Positions 1 to 9,786 of a stretch of 35,688 bases of DNA are shown here, in pieces. A model generated the notes under the pieces. That model was not told where the DNA came from. It ran no database searches and saw only the letters and a list, made by a program, of their open reading frames with translations. The DNA is from Candidatus Binataceae bacterium (GTDB lineage: Bacteria; Desulfobacterota; Binatia; Binatales; Binataceae), in assembly GCA_041487135.1 (NCBI GenBank), contig JBGPMT010000001.1:1-35688 (forward strand), in the 5' to 3' direction. Numbering within the stretch: the stretch's first letter is position 1; each line of letters begins with the position of its first letter. Both the position numbers and the translations under genes were made by a program.

Positions 1-2125
1 TCTCGATCGCGAAGCGGCCGATCGCCGCGGGATCGAGCCGCGCCGCGTAATTCAATTGATCCATCAGCGCGGCGAGCGCGGTGTTGAAACGCTGGCGCTC
101 GATATGGTCGGTGACGGTGCGAATGGCCTTGTGGGCGCGGCGCAGCGTCTCCGCGTTGGGCGAGCCCGCCGGGCATCCCGCCTCGACGTAGCGCCGGACC
201 ATCGTCCAGACCCGTGTCAGATAGCGCACGGTGCCGGTCACGCCGTCTTCGTTCCAGTTGGTGGGCTCCTCGAACGGGCCCATGAACAGCTCCCAGAGCC
301 GGAGTGCGTCGGCCCCGTACTTCTCGATCATCGAGTCGGGCGTGACCACGTTGCCGCGGCTCTTGGACATCTTCTGCCCGTCGGCCGCCCACACCATCCC
401 CTGGTTGCGCAGCACCAGGAAGGGTTCCTTGAAATTGATCAAACCCGCGTCGAACATCACCTTGGTCCACATCCGCGCGTACAGCAGATGCATCACGGCG
501 TGCTCGGCGCCGCCAACATAAAGATCGACCGGCAACCAGTAGTCGACCGCCGCGCGCTCGAACGGCGCGCGATCGTAATGCGGCGAGGCGAAGCGCAGGA
601 AGTACCACGACGAGCAGGCGAAGCCGTCGAGCGTGTCGGTCTCGCGCTCGGCCGGCCCGCCGCATTTGGGGCAGGTGGTGTTGACGAACTCCGGAACGTT
701 GGCGAGCGGCGAGCGTCCGGTGCCCGACGGCTGATAATCCCTCATGTCCGGCAGCACGACCGGCAACTGGTCCTCGGGCACGGGGACGATTCCGCAGGTG
801 CGCTTGCAGTAGACCATCGGGATCGGCGCGCCCCAGTAACGCTGGCGCGAGATCAGCCAGTCGCGCATCCGGTAGCTCACCGTCGGCCGGCCGATCCGAT
901 GCTCCTCGATCCAGCGCAAGACGGCTTTGATCGCATCCGCAGTCTTCAGCCGGTCGAGAAACCCCGAGTTAACCGTGATGCCGTGTTCGGTGAAGGCGCA
1001 TCCGGGATCGGGCCGGCTACCGTCGAGCGGCGCGGTGACGCGCGGAATTTCGAGGCCGTACTTGGTGGCGAACTCGAAGTCGCGCTGGTCTTCGCCGGGG
1101 GCGGCCATGATCGCGCCCGTCCCGTAGCCCATCAGCACGTAGTCGGCGATCCAGATCGGGATGTTTTTGCGGGTGAAGGGATTGTAAGCGTAGGCGCCGG
1201 TGAAGACGCCGGTCTTTTCCTTGACGGTCGAGAGCCGCTCGATCTCGCTCTGGCGGCGCGCCTGCGCGACGTACTCCTCGACCGCGGCGCGTTGCGCGTC
1301 GCTGGTGATCTCCGCGACCAGCGGATGCTCCGGCGCGAGCACCATGAACGAGACCCCGAACACCGTGTCGGGACGGGTGGTGAAGAAGCGCACTTCCTTC
1401 CCCGGATGGTCGGCGACCGGAAACGCGATCTCGGCGCCTTCCGAGCGTCCGATCCAGTTGCGCTGCATCAGCTTGATCGGCTCGGGCCAGTCGACCAGAT
1501 CGAGGTCCTCGAGCAGCCGGTCGGCATAAGCGGTGATTCTGAAGTACCACTGCTCGAGATCCTTCTTGGTGACCGGGGTCTCGGTATGGCGCCAGCAGCA
1601 GCCGTTGACCACCTGCTCGTTGGCCAGGATCGTGCGGCACTCCTCGCACCACCATTGCGAGCCCACCGCGCGGTAGGCGAGGCCGCGCTTATGGAGCAGC
1701 AGGAAGAACCATTGCGTCCAGCGGTAGTAGCCGGGCTCGGAAGAATTGATTTCGCGCGTCCAGTCGTAGGCGCATCCCGACAACTTCAACTGACGTTTGA
1801 AGTTTGCGGCGTACTGCGGCACGGTCTGCTTGGGATGGAGCCCCTTGAGCAGCGCCTCGTTCTCGGCCGGCAACCCGAAGGCATCCCAACCCATGGGATG
1901 CAGGACGTTAAAGCCGGTCATGCGCTTGAAGCGGCCGACCACGTCGGGGGGAACATAGTTGTGCAGATGGCCGACCGAGAGACCGTTGCCCGAGGGATAC
2001 GGGAACATCTCGAGCAGGTAGAACTTCGGTCGGCTGCGATCCTGGCCGGTCAGGTAGAGCTTGGCGCGCTCCCACTCGGCCTGCCAGAAGGGCTCGATTT
2101 TTTTAGGATCGTAGCGTTCGTCCAT
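1..2125 (-). CDS. leuS: leucine--tRNA ligase, C-terminus runs off the left window edge
   Basis: Absent from the ORF track because it has no stop in the window. Reverse-complement reading from ATG 2125-2123 gives MDERYDPKKIEPFWQAEWERAKLY...FYLLEMFPYPSGNGLSVGH (HIGH region) ... ADGQKMSKSRGN (KMSKS) and stays open to position 1. The + ORF 56..2164 is its antisense shadow. Confidence 0.9.
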   Translation of the reverse strand, partial: MDERYDPKKIEPFWQAEWERAKLYLTGQDRSRPKFYLLEMFPYPSGNGLSVGHLHNYVPPDVVGRFKRMTGFNVLHPMGWDAFGLPAENEALLKGLHPKQTVPQYAANFKRQLKLSGCAYDWTREINSSEPGYYRWTQWFFLLLHKRGLAYRAVGSQWWCEECRTILANEQVVNGCCWRHTETPVTKKDLEQWYFRITAYADRLLEDLDLVDWPEPIKLMQRNWIGRSEGAEIAFPVADHPGKEVRFFTTRPDTVFGVSFMVLAPEHPLVAEITSDAQRAAVEEYVAQARRQSEIERLSTVKEKTGVFTGAYAYNPFTRKNIPIWIADYVLMGYGTGAIMAAPGEDQRDFEFATKYGLEIPRVTAPLDGSRPDPGCAFTEHGITVNSGFLDRLKTADAIKAVLRWIEEHRIGRPTVSYRMRDWLISRQRYWGAPIPMVYCKRTCGIVPVPEDQLPVVLPDMRDYQPSGTGRSPLANVPEFVNTTCPKCGGPAERETDTLDGFACSSWYFLRFASPHYDRAPFERAAVDYWLPVDLYVGGAEHAVMHLLYARMWTKVMFDAGLINFKEPFLVLRNQGMVWAADGQKMSKSRGNVVTPDSMIEKYGADALRLWELFMGPFEEPTNWNEDGVTGTVRYLTRVWTMVRRYVEAGCPAGSPNAETLRRAHKAIRTVTDHIERQRFNTALAALMDQLNYAARLDPAAIGRFAIE

Positions 2126-2184
2126 CAGCTTAGGCGGCCAGGTTGTTCCGGATCGTCAATCTAGCGCGGCGAAAAGCCCCCCTG

Positions 2185-2844
2185 CTACTTCTTGCGGGCG
2201 ATTGTCAGGCCGTCGGCGAACGGCAGCATCACCGCCTCGACCCGCGTGTCCTTCGCGACCAGCTCGTTGATCTCGCGCACTCCGACGGTCTCGCTGTCCT
2301 GGTCGGCGCGGTCGAAGATCTTGCCGCTCCAAAGGACGTTGTCGATCAGGATGAGCCCGTTGGGCCGCGTATGCTTGAGCGCCTCCTCGTAGTAGGCGCA
2401 GTAGTCATCTTTGTTGGCGTCGATAAACGAAAAATCGAACACGGTCGAAGCGGGCAGCGCTCTCAGCGTAGCGAGCGCCGGTCCCAGCTTGAGCGTGATC
2501 TTGCCGGCGACACCGGCTTGCTCCCAGTAGCGCTTTGCGATCGCGGTCCATTTCTCGTTGACGTCGCAGCACAGCAGATGGCCGTCGGGCGGCAGCGCGC
2601 GCGCAATGATCAAGGCGCTGTAGCCGGTGAAGGTGCCGACTTCAAGCGCCGACTTTGCGCCGATCGCGTGCACCAGCAGTCCAAGCAGCGTTGCCTCCTC
2701 GGCTGCGGTCTGCATGCATGGCAGCCAGCCGCCGAGCTTCGAATTATCCCGTTCGATCTGAGTGCGAATTGGATCCTGGTTGTGCCCGTGTTCGAGCACA
2801 TACCGGTAGACCTCTTCAGTTAGCGGGATCGATTTCTCCGGCAT
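2185..2844 (-). CDS. class I SAM-dependent O-methyltransferase (family 3, caffeoyl-CoA OMT-like)
   Basis: ORF 2185..2913. SAM-binding stretch LEVGTFTGYSALIIA and the family-3 signature FIDANKDDY. Start placed at the ATG giving MPEKSIPL (2844), preceded by GAGGG. In-frame alternatives at 2871 and 2913 cannot be excluded. Confidence 0.85.
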   Translation of the reverse strand: MPEKSIPLTEEVYRYVLEHGHNQDPIRTQIERDNSKLGGWLPCMQTAAEEATLLGLLVHAIGAKSALEVGTFTGYSALIIARALPPDGHLLCCDVNEKWTAIAKRYWEQAGVAGKITLKLGPALATLRALPASTVFDFSFIDANKDDYCAYYEEALKHTRPNGLILIDNVLWSGKIFDRADQDSETVGVREINELVAKDTRVEAVMLPFADGLTIARKK

Positions 2845-2999
2845 CGGGTTCACCCTCGCGGTTTCAGGCATGTTTGATCGGGCGCCAGATAAATTGTTGC
2901 GGAGAGCGGTCAATCACCCAGTTTATCCTAACCGGGATTTCATCGGAACCCCGGGATTTCATCGGAGCGGGTTGCCGCGGCCGTTTGCGGAGCGCCCGC

Positions 3000-3455
3000 T
3001 TATTTCATCAGGCGATCGATCTCACGCCGGGCGCGTTCCGGATGGGTCGCCTCCCAGTAGACCCGGCCGCATTGATCGCACAGCGCGAAGCGCTCGTGGC
3101 TGGCATAGACGTAGGGCGGGATGCGGCCGCCGACCACTTCGCGCGCGACCTGGCGAAGCGCGGTATTGCATCGCGAGCAGCGCGTAAAGGCATGGCGCCG
3201 GATGTCGAACGGACAGCGTTCGAGCACCGCGCGAAGCTGAGCGCGAAAATCGCCGGTTTCGAGGTACAGGACGTCGGATGCAGTGCGCAGCCGCTTGTCG
3301 CGTGTGAGCATCAGGCGGCCTTCAGTGCGTGCCCGCCGCAGCATCGCCGCGCCGTCGAGCCGTTCATCGCTGATCACGTCGGCGCCAAGCAATCTCAGCC
3401 ATCGCGCCAGCCGCGCCACCATCCGGTCGGCGGCGAACTTCGGAATTTCCTCCAT
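3000..3455 (-). CDS. Mut7-C RNase domain / DUF82 (PIN-like) protein with C-terminal zinc ribbon
   Basis: 151 aa. N-terminal FAADRMVARLARWLRLLGAD pattern typical of Mut7-C/COG1656. Two Cys pairs, CSRCN...CDQCG. Confidence 0.75.
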   Translation of the reverse strand: MEEIPKFAADRMVARLARWLRLLGADVISDERLDGAAMLRRARTEGRLMLTRDKRLRTASDVLYLETGDFRAQLRAVLERCPFDIRRHAFTRCSRCNTALRQVAREVVGGRIPPYVYASHERFALCDQCGRVYWEATHPERARREIDRLMK

Positions 3456-3555
3456 CGCAGGATCGTTTCCCTGTCTCGATGATCGGGGAGTATAGCAGGA
3501 GGACGTAGCTGACGGTCCGGGAGACTATCCGCCGCTCGCCGGCGGGAGGCGCACG

Positions 3556-4197
3556 ATGACCGAAGAATCAGTCTCGTTCAAAGCCGGCGCGCTGACGCTC
3601 GAAGGGCGCTTCGCACGGTCCCCCTCGAAGGCGGCGACGCCCGGCGCCGTGGTATGCCATCCGCACCCGCTCTATGGCGGCTCGATGGACAACAACGTTG
3701 TGGCCGCGATCCTGAACGCGTTGTGGGCGCTGGATTTTGCGACGCTGCGCTTCAATTTTCGCGGCGTGGGGCGCAGCGAGGGAGCGCACGGGGGCGGCAC
3801 GGCCGAGATCGAGGACGTGGCCGCCGCCGTGCGTTTTATCGGCGCGCAGCCAGGCGTGCGCCCCGATGGCATCGTGCTCGCGGGCTACTCGTTCGGCGCG
3901 CGGGTGGCGCTCAACGCCGCGTCCGGGATGGCGGAGGTCGCGACGGTCATCGCGGTCGCCTTGCCGGTCTCGATGATGGAGCCGCCGTCGATGGCCGGCT
4001 GGAACAAGCCGCTGGTGCTGGTGGCCGGCGATCGCGATTCGTTTTGCAGCGTGCGCGATATCGAAGCGTTCCACTTGCAGGTCAGGCCCCATTCCACTCT
4101 CAAGCTGATTGCGGGAGCGGATCACTTCTTTGCCGGTTTCGAGAGCGAGCTCAGCGAGCAGATTGCGCAAGCGATCAAAGGCGCAAGCTCCGCTTAG
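3556..4197 (+). CDS. alpha/beta hydrolase (COG2945-like)
   Basis: 213 aa. HPHPLYGGSMDNNVV motif and nucleophile elbow GYSFG. GGGAGG 6 nt upstream of the ATG. Confidence 0.8.
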   Translation: MTEESVSFKAGALTLEGRFARSPSKAATPGAVVCHPHPLYGGSMDNNVVAAILNALWALDFATLRFNFRGVGRSEGAHGGGTAEIEDVAAAVRFIGAQPGVRPDGIVLAGYSFGARVALNAASGMAEVATVIAVALPVSMMEPPSMAGWNKPLVLVAGDRDSFCSVRDIEAFHLQVRPHSTLKLIAGADHFFAGFESELSEQIAQAIKGASSA

Positions 4198-5330
4198 CGT
4201 GGCGCGGGCGGCGCGGCGGTCCGGGCCGCCTCCCAGATGGCATAGAACGGATCGCCGGGATTGGCCTTCGCCAGCTCGATAACCGCTTGAATCGTGGAGC
4301 GGGTGTCCTGATGGTGCGCCCGGTCGAGCGCCGCGAAGTTCCAGAGTTGATGGAAATAGATGAGGTAGTTGATCAGCACCGCGTTGTTCAGCGGCTCGCG
4401 ATCGAGGTCGAATCGTTCGAGTCCCGAGAGCCGGGGCTTGAGCGCGGCGTAATCGGCTCTGATTTTCAAGAACAGCGGCTCGCGCTGCTTGACGATCTCT
4501 TCGTAGGGAAGCCGGCTTTGATAGAGGCGCAGCAATCGCGCCTCAGCCTGCAGCAGGAATGAGGCGAACTCGAGGTCGCTCTCCAGCACGCCGCGCGCGG
4601 CCCGGGCGTCGGCGGAATTCGGCCCGGCGGTCGCCGTGAAGAAGTCGACTGCGCCACGGCTGCCGGCCCAGGTGGCCGCGCTTTCATCGAACATCACGTC
4701 GCTGGCGAGGAAAAACGTGCGATGAAACAGCTCGTGGATCATGACGCCGGCCAGTTCGACGCGGCTTAAGTTGAGCAGGTTCGAGAGCAGCGGATCGTTG
4801 AAGAAGCCGAGCGTGGAGAAGGCGACTGCGGGCCGGACGAAGGTGTCGTAGCCCGAATCCTCCAAACCTTTGGCTTCCGCCAGCGCCGCGTCCCGGTCGA
4901 AGTAGCCGCGATAGGGAACCCGGCCGACGATCGGAAACCACCAGCTCACCGGCTGGAGCGAATCGCGCGGCGCCGCCATCACGACCCACACGATCGCGCC
5001 GCCGTCGACCTCGGTAACAGTCTGGTAAGCGCCGCCGACTTTGAGTCCGAGCCGGTCGCGGGCGAAGTCCCGCACCTCGAGTACCGTCTTGAGCTTGGCG
5101 CGCGTGTCGGCCGCCAGATCGGTGCGCTCGAGAACCTCGCCGATCGGCTTGCGGTTCCATAACAACCGCATCTCCTCGTAGGCACCGCGCGCGAGATAGC
5201 CGATTTCGCATCCCGAAATGCTGATCGCGAGCGTCGCGACGGCAAGTACCGCGACCGCGATACGGACGGCGCGCGATCGATCGATCGATCCGGCAGCGGA
5301 TGGCGTCCGGCTGGGAGACCCGGGCAGCAC
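4194..5330 (-). CDS. predicted zinc aminopeptidase lipoprotein (COG4324/DUF2265-like)
   Basis: 378 aa. Signal peptide with lipobox AISISGC, and HExxH as HELFH. GTG start is the only in-frame start before the signal peptide. It lies 12 nt downstream of the ABC gene stop. Confidence 0.75.
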   Translation of the reverse strand: MLPGSPSRTPSAAGSIDRSRAVRIAVAVLAVATLAISISGCEIGYLARGAYEEMRLLWNRKPIGEVLERTDLAADTRAKLKTVLEVRDFARDRLGLKVGGAYQTVTEVDGGAIVWVVMAAPRDSLQPVSWWFPIVGRVPYRGYFDRDAALAEAKGLEDSGYDTFVRPAVAFSTLGFFNDPLLSNLLNLSRVELAGVMIHELFHRTFFLASDVMFDESAATWAGSRGAVDFFTATAGPNSADARAARGVLESDLEFASFLLQAEARLLRLYQSRLPYEEIVKQREPLFLKIRADYAALKPRLSGLERFDLDREPLNNAVLINYLIYFHQLWNFAALDRAHHQDTRSTIQAVIELAKANPGDPFYAIWEAARTAAPPAPR

Positions 5331-5342
5331 AGGCGCCGGCCT

Positions 5343-7163
5343 TTATTCGGCGGGTTCGAGCGCGCCGTACTGGAGCTCGAACAGGCGGTAGTAGAGGCCG
5401 CGCCGATCGAGCAGCTCTTGATGCGTGCCGCTCTCGCGCAGTGTGCCGTTGCTCAGCACCAGTATCCGGTCGGCGCTCTGGATGGTCGACAGGCGATGGG
5501 CGATCACCAGCGCGGTGCGCCCGGTCAGCAGTTGCTCGAGCGCCAGCTGCACCAGATGCTCGGTCTCGCTGTCGACGCTCGAGGTCGCCTCGTCCATCAC
5601 CAGGATGCGCGGGTCGTAGGCGAGCGCACGCGCGAACGAAAGCAGCTGGCGCTGGCCGGCGGAGAAATTGGCGCCGCGCTCATGGACCTCTTCATGCAGC
5701 TCGGCGGGCATCTGCTCGACAAAGCCCAGCGCCTGGGCGCGCGCCAGGGCCGCGCGCACCGCGGAGTCGTCGAGGTCGACGCGGCCGAGCCGGATGTTCT
5801 CCAGGATATCGCCCGCGAACAGAAACACGTCCTGCTGCACCAGGCCGATCGTGCGCCTGAGCTCGGTCAGGTCCCACTCGCGCACATCCACGCCGTCGAC
5901 CAGAATCCGTCCGGCGCCGACGTCATAGAAGCGGGTCAGCAGCTTGATGATCGTAGTCTTGCCCGAGCCGGTGGGGCCGACGATCGCAACCTTCTGACCG
6001 GGCTCGACCGTGAGGCTCAGGTTCTTGAGCACCGGCTCGCCGGGGCGATAGGCGAAATCGACATGCTCGAAAACGATCGAGCCGCGGCAATCGGCGATTC
6101 GCGCCGGAAGCGCGGGGCGGGGAATCGGCGGTTGCTGGAGCAGCGCCTCGATCCGCTCCATCGCCGCCATCGCGGATTGCATGACGGTGTACTTCTGCGA
6201 CATTTCGCGCAGCGGGTTGAAGAATTTCTGTGCGTAGTCCATGAAGGCGACCAGCGTGCCGAGTCCGACCAGGCCCCGAATCACGTCACCGCCGCCGGCC
6301 CACAGGATGATTCCGATCGTGATCGAACTCAGCGTCTCGACCGACGAGAACAGTCCGGCCTCGTAGATATTGGCGAGCATCAGCGACTCCCGCGCGCGCA
6401 GGTTGAGCTGATCGAACTCGCGGCGGCTTTCGCGCTCGCGCGTGAAAAGCTGGATTACCGACATCCCGGCCAGCGCCTCGGCGAGGTAGGCGTTGAGCCC
6501 CGCCAGCCGTTCGCGAATCTCGCGATAGACGACGCGCGCCCGCACCCGGAAAAAGTTGACCAGTATCAGCAGCGGCGGAATCGAGCACAGCGCCCAGAGC
6601 GCGAGGCGGGCGTCGAACCAGAACATGATCGCCACGATTCCCAGCAGAGTCAGAACGTCGTTGAAGATCGTGAGCGAGCCGGCGTTGACCATTTCGCTGA
6701 TCGCGTCGATATCGGTGGTCATGCGGCTGACCAGGCGGCCAACCGGCGTGCGATCGAAAAACGCCATCGGCAGACGCTCGATATGATTGAACAGCGTGCT
6801 GCGCAAATCGGACATACTGTTCTGAGCGACCATCATGGTCAGGTAGAACTGGCCATAGAAGGTCGCGAACTCGCCGAGCAGCATCGTGATATACAGCGCG
6901 CCCATCGCGAGCAGGCCGTGGGAGCCGGCAGCATCCAGCACCGGTCGCAGCCAGTGGGGGGCGGGCCGGCGGCGCGGGTCGAGGAAGAGATCGATTGTGA
7001 GCTTGACCAGATAGGGCTGGGAGAGCGCGAACAGGGTGTTGAGCGGCATCAGGATGACGGAGAACCAGAACTGCCGGCGGTAGGGACGTACGAAGCTCCA
7101 CACCCGTCTCAGCAGCGTCAGCTCGCGCACGGGGGCGAGCTTTTCTTCGCGGCGAATCTCCAT
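5343..7163 (-). CDS. ABC exporter, fused permease/ATPase half-transporter (MdlB/MsbA-type)
   Basis: 606 aa. N-terminal 6-TM region, Walker A GPTGSGKTT, signature FSAGQRQL, Walker B ILVMDEATS. Confidence 0.9.
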   Translation of the reverse strand: MEIRREEKLAPVRELTLLRRVWSFVRPYRRQFWFSVILMPLNTLFALSQPYLVKLTIDLFLDPRRRPAPHWLRPVLDAAGSHGLLAMGALYITMLLGEFATFYGQFYLTMMVAQNSMSDLRSTLFNHIERLPMAFFDRTPVGRLVSRMTTDIDAISEMVNAGSLTIFNDVLTLLGIVAIMFWFDARLALWALCSIPPLLILVNFFRVRARVVYREIRERLAGLNAYLAEALAGMSVIQLFTRERESRREFDQLNLRARESLMLANIYEAGLFSSVETLSSITIGIILWAGGGDVIRGLVGLGTLVAFMDYAQKFFNPLREMSQKYTVMQSAMAAMERIEALLQQPPIPRPALPARIADCRGSIVFEHVDFAYRPGEPVLKNLSLTVEPGQKVAIVGPTGSGKTTIIKLLTRFYDVGAGRILVDGVDVREWDLTELRRTIGLVQQDVFLFAGDILENIRLGRVDLDDSAVRAALARAQALGFVEQMPAELHEEVHERGANFSAGQRQLLSFARALAYDPRILVMDEATSSVDSETEHLVQLALEQLLTGRTALVIAHRLSTIQSADRILVLSNGTLRESGTHQELLDRRGLYYRLFELQYGALEPAE

Positions 7164-7168
7164 CGCGC

Positions 7169-8926
7169 TCAGTACCGCGTGAGCTCCTCTTCGAGCAGTT
7201 GGCGATGGAACAGCTCGGCGTAAATCCCCCGCCGCGCCATCAGCTCCTCGTGCGTGCCGCGCTCGGCGATCATGCCCTGCTCGAGCACGATTATCTGGTC
7301 GGCGTCGCGCACCGTGGAGGCGCGATGCGAGACGACGATCGTGGTATGGCCGCGCACGCTCTGGCCAAGGCTCTCGAGCACCGCGCGCTCGGTCTCGGTG
7401 TCGACCGAGGAGAGCGCGTCGTCGAGCACCACGATCGAGGGGTTGTAGGCCAGCAGCCGCGCGATCGTGACGCGCTGTTTCTGCCCGCCCGAGAGCGACA
7501 TCCCGCGCTCGCCGACAACCGTGTCCAGGCCGCGCGGCAGCACTGCGAGGTCGCCGTCGAGCCCGGCGACGTGCGCGGCCTCCGCGAGCTCCGCGCGCGG
7601 CGCGTCGATCCGGCCGAACGCGATATTGCGGGCCAGCGTATCGGAAAACAGCAGCGGCTCCTGCGGCACCACGCCGACCGTGTGGCGCAGCGCGCCGAGC
7701 GGCAGCTCGCGGATATCGCGGCCGTCGATCGTGACCCGTCCGGCGGTCGGCTCGATCATCCGCGTCAGCAGCTTGACCATCGTCGATTTTCCCGCGCCGG
7801 TGCGCCCCACGATCGCGAGCTTCTCGCCCGGCCCGACCGTGACGTTGATGTCGCTCAGCGCGTAAACCGGCGCGGCGCCGTTGCCGCCGCCGTTGCGGTT
7901 CGCGAAATAGCTGAACGACACGCCCGCCCAGGCCACCGCGCCCGCGACCTCCAGCCTGATCCCGCCGCTATCCTCGACCATCGCGGTCGAGCTGGTTTCG
8001 AAGATTTCCGCCAGCCGCTTCATCGCCGCCTTACCGCGCTGATAGAGCGAAATCGTCCAGCCGAGCGAGGTGGTCGGCCAGGCCAGCGCCACCAGGTAGC
8101 TCATGAACGCCACCAGGTCGCCGATCGAGATTCGATGCGCCATCACCAGCGCGCCGCCGTAGATCAGCACGATCATCGTCGAGGTCGCCGCCGCCCCGCG
8201 AATCAGCGGTAGCAGCGCGCCGCGAATCTGCGCGAGCTTGAGCCCCTGCTCGTTGTAGCTGTCGTTGAGTTCGCGAAACTGCGCCGCCTGATGCGCTTCG
8301 AGCGTGTAGGCCTTGACGATATGGATCCCGGAGAGGCTCTCCTGGATTTTCGCGCCGATCGCGCCGATCCCCTCCTGCACCCGCAGGCTGCGCTCCATGA
8401 TCGAGTGCGAGAGCCGGTACATGACGAAGAACAGCGCCAGGTAGGGCGCGATCGAGGCCAGCGTGAGGCGCGGGCTGAGCGACAGCATCACCGACAGCGA
8501 CAGCACCCAGATGAGCGGGGTATTGGTGAAGGTCAGCACGCCCATCCCGATCATCATCCGCACCGCGGTCAGATCGTTGACCAGCCGCGACATCAGGTCG
8601 CCGGTCTTGAGCCGCTCGTAAAACTCGGGGCCGAGCTTGACCAGGTGGGCGAAGAGGTCGTTGCGCAGGTTGTACTCGATATCACGCCCGCAGTTGAAGA
8701 TCACGAAGCGCGAGAACCAGCGCGCCACTCCGCCCAGGATCGCGGCGGCGCAGATCAGCTTGACGATGAAGGCCAGCTTTTCCGGCTGATGCGCCTGGAT
8801 GGCGTTGATCGCGTCGCGCACCAGGTACGGAACCGCCATCGCGAGGCCGGCGGTCGCGAGCGTGCAGAAGATTCCGAAGGCGTAACGATGCCGGTAGCGG
8901 CCGATGTAGCGAAACAGGCGTCTCAT
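7169..8926 (-). CDS. ABC exporter, fused permease/ATPase half-transporter (MdlA-type partner)
   Basis: 585 aa. Walker A GRTGAGKST, signature LSGGQKQR, Walker B IVVLDDALS. Only 5 nt separate it from the downstream partner gene. Confidence 0.9.
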   Translation of the reverse strand: MRRLFRYIGRYRHRYAFGIFCTLATAGLAMAVPYLVRDAINAIQAHQPEKLAFIVKLICAAAILGGVARWFSRFVIFNCGRDIEYNLRNDLFAHLVKLGPEFYERLKTGDLMSRLVNDLTAVRMMIGMGVLTFTNTPLIWVLSLSVMLSLSPRLTLASIAPYLALFFVMYRLSHSIMERSLRVQEGIGAIGAKIQESLSGIHIVKAYTLEAHQAAQFRELNDSYNEQGLKLAQIRGALLPLIRGAAATSTMIVLIYGGALVMAHRISIGDLVAFMSYLVALAWPTTSLGWTISLYQRGKAAMKRLAEIFETSSTAMVEDSGGIRLEVAGAVAWAGVSFSYFANRNGGGNGAAPVYALSDINVTVGPGEKLAIVGRTGAGKSTMVKLLTRMIEPTAGRVTIDGRDIRELPLGALRHTVGVVPQEPLLFSDTLARNIAFGRIDAPRAELAEAAHVAGLDGDLAVLPRGLDTVVGERGMSLSGGQKQRVTIARLLAYNPSIVVLDDALSSVDTETERAVLESLGQSVRGHTTIVVSHRASTVRDADQIIVLEQGMIAERGTHEELMARRGIYAELFHRQLLEEELTRY

Positions 8927-9015
8927 GTCGCCACACCTAGGTTAGCAGTTATTCGATGCAACGTAATCAAATCCCGGCGCTGCGCGGGAAGCCGGCGCTC
9001 CCCCGCGCTGCCGTC

Positions 9016-9777
9016 TCAGAGCGGACGGCGGCTCTTGAGCCGGCGCTCGTACAGCTTGGCGTATTTCAGGAAGACGTAGAAGGCCGCGGCCATCGCCGCG
9101 TACAATCCGCGCCCGCCGTCGCGAAACCCGCCGCGCAGCACGTAGAAGTTGAAGAAGCGCCAGGCCGGATTGGCGAACATCTTGAACGGCGTCATGAAGT
9201 CGGGCTCGTTCTCGGCCGCGGCGCGCGTGCTGAAGCGGTTCATGGTCGCCACGTGGTCAGTGACGTCGCGGTAGCTGTAGTGCAGGATCGGCGCGCCGAG
9301 CCTGCCGACCCGTCCCGCGACCACCACCTTGTCGTGCGGGTCGCGCCCGCCGATATGCCCGCGCACGCGCCGGAACAGCCGCACCGGCCGATCGGGATAG
9401 ACCGGGCGCGTGTAGTAGTAGCCGAGATGGTAGAGCACGCGGCGAATCTGGTAGCCGTCGGTCGCCTCCGGCGAGCCCACGACGCGCTCGATCTCAAGCC
9501 CCAGCTCCTGCGTCGCCTGCTCGTCGGCGTCCATCAGTAATACCCATTCGCGACTGGCATGGTCGAGCGCGAACTGCTTCTGGTCGACGTAGTTCGTGAA
9601 CTCGCGCTGGATTACCTGCGCGCCGAGTCCGCGCGCGATCTCCACCGTGCGGTCGCTCGAGAACGAATCGACCACGATTAGCTCGTCGCAGAACCCGGCG
9701 CTCCGCAGGCACTGTCCGATGAGCTGCTCCTCGTTGAGCGTGACGGTGATAAGCGAGATGCCCGGTTTCTCAGCCAT
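9016..9777 (-). CDS. family 2 glycosyltransferase
   Basis: 253 aa. N-terminal ISLITVTLNEE...VVDSFSSDRT and DxD as MDADE, typical of GT2 (LPS-core type) enzymes. Confidence 0.85.
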   Translation of the reverse strand: MAEKPGISLITVTLNEEQLIGQCLRSAGFCDELIVVDSFSSDRTVEIARGLGAQVIQREFTNYVDQKQFALDHASREWVLLMDADEQATQELGLEIERVVGSPEATDGYQIRRVLYHLGYYYTRPVYPDRPVRLFRRVRGHIGGRDPHDKVVVAGRVGRLGAPILHYSYRDVTDHVATMNRFSTRAAAENEPDFMTPFKMFANPAWRFFNFYVLRGGFRDGGRGLYAAMAAAFYVFLKYAKLYERRLKSRRPL

Positions 9778-9786
9778 CGCCGGATT

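Noticed and set aside
56-2164. 702-aa + strand ORF, the longest in the left end of the track
   Set aside because: Antisense shadow of leuS. The translation is Arg/Gly/Ala/His-rich low-complexity with no motifs, whereas the opposite strand gives a textbook LeuS with a KMSKS motif.
5418-7223. 601-aa + strand ORF
   Set aside because: Antisense shadow of the ABC exporter gene 5343..7163. No recognisable domain. The minus-strand product has Walker A/B and ABC signature motifs.
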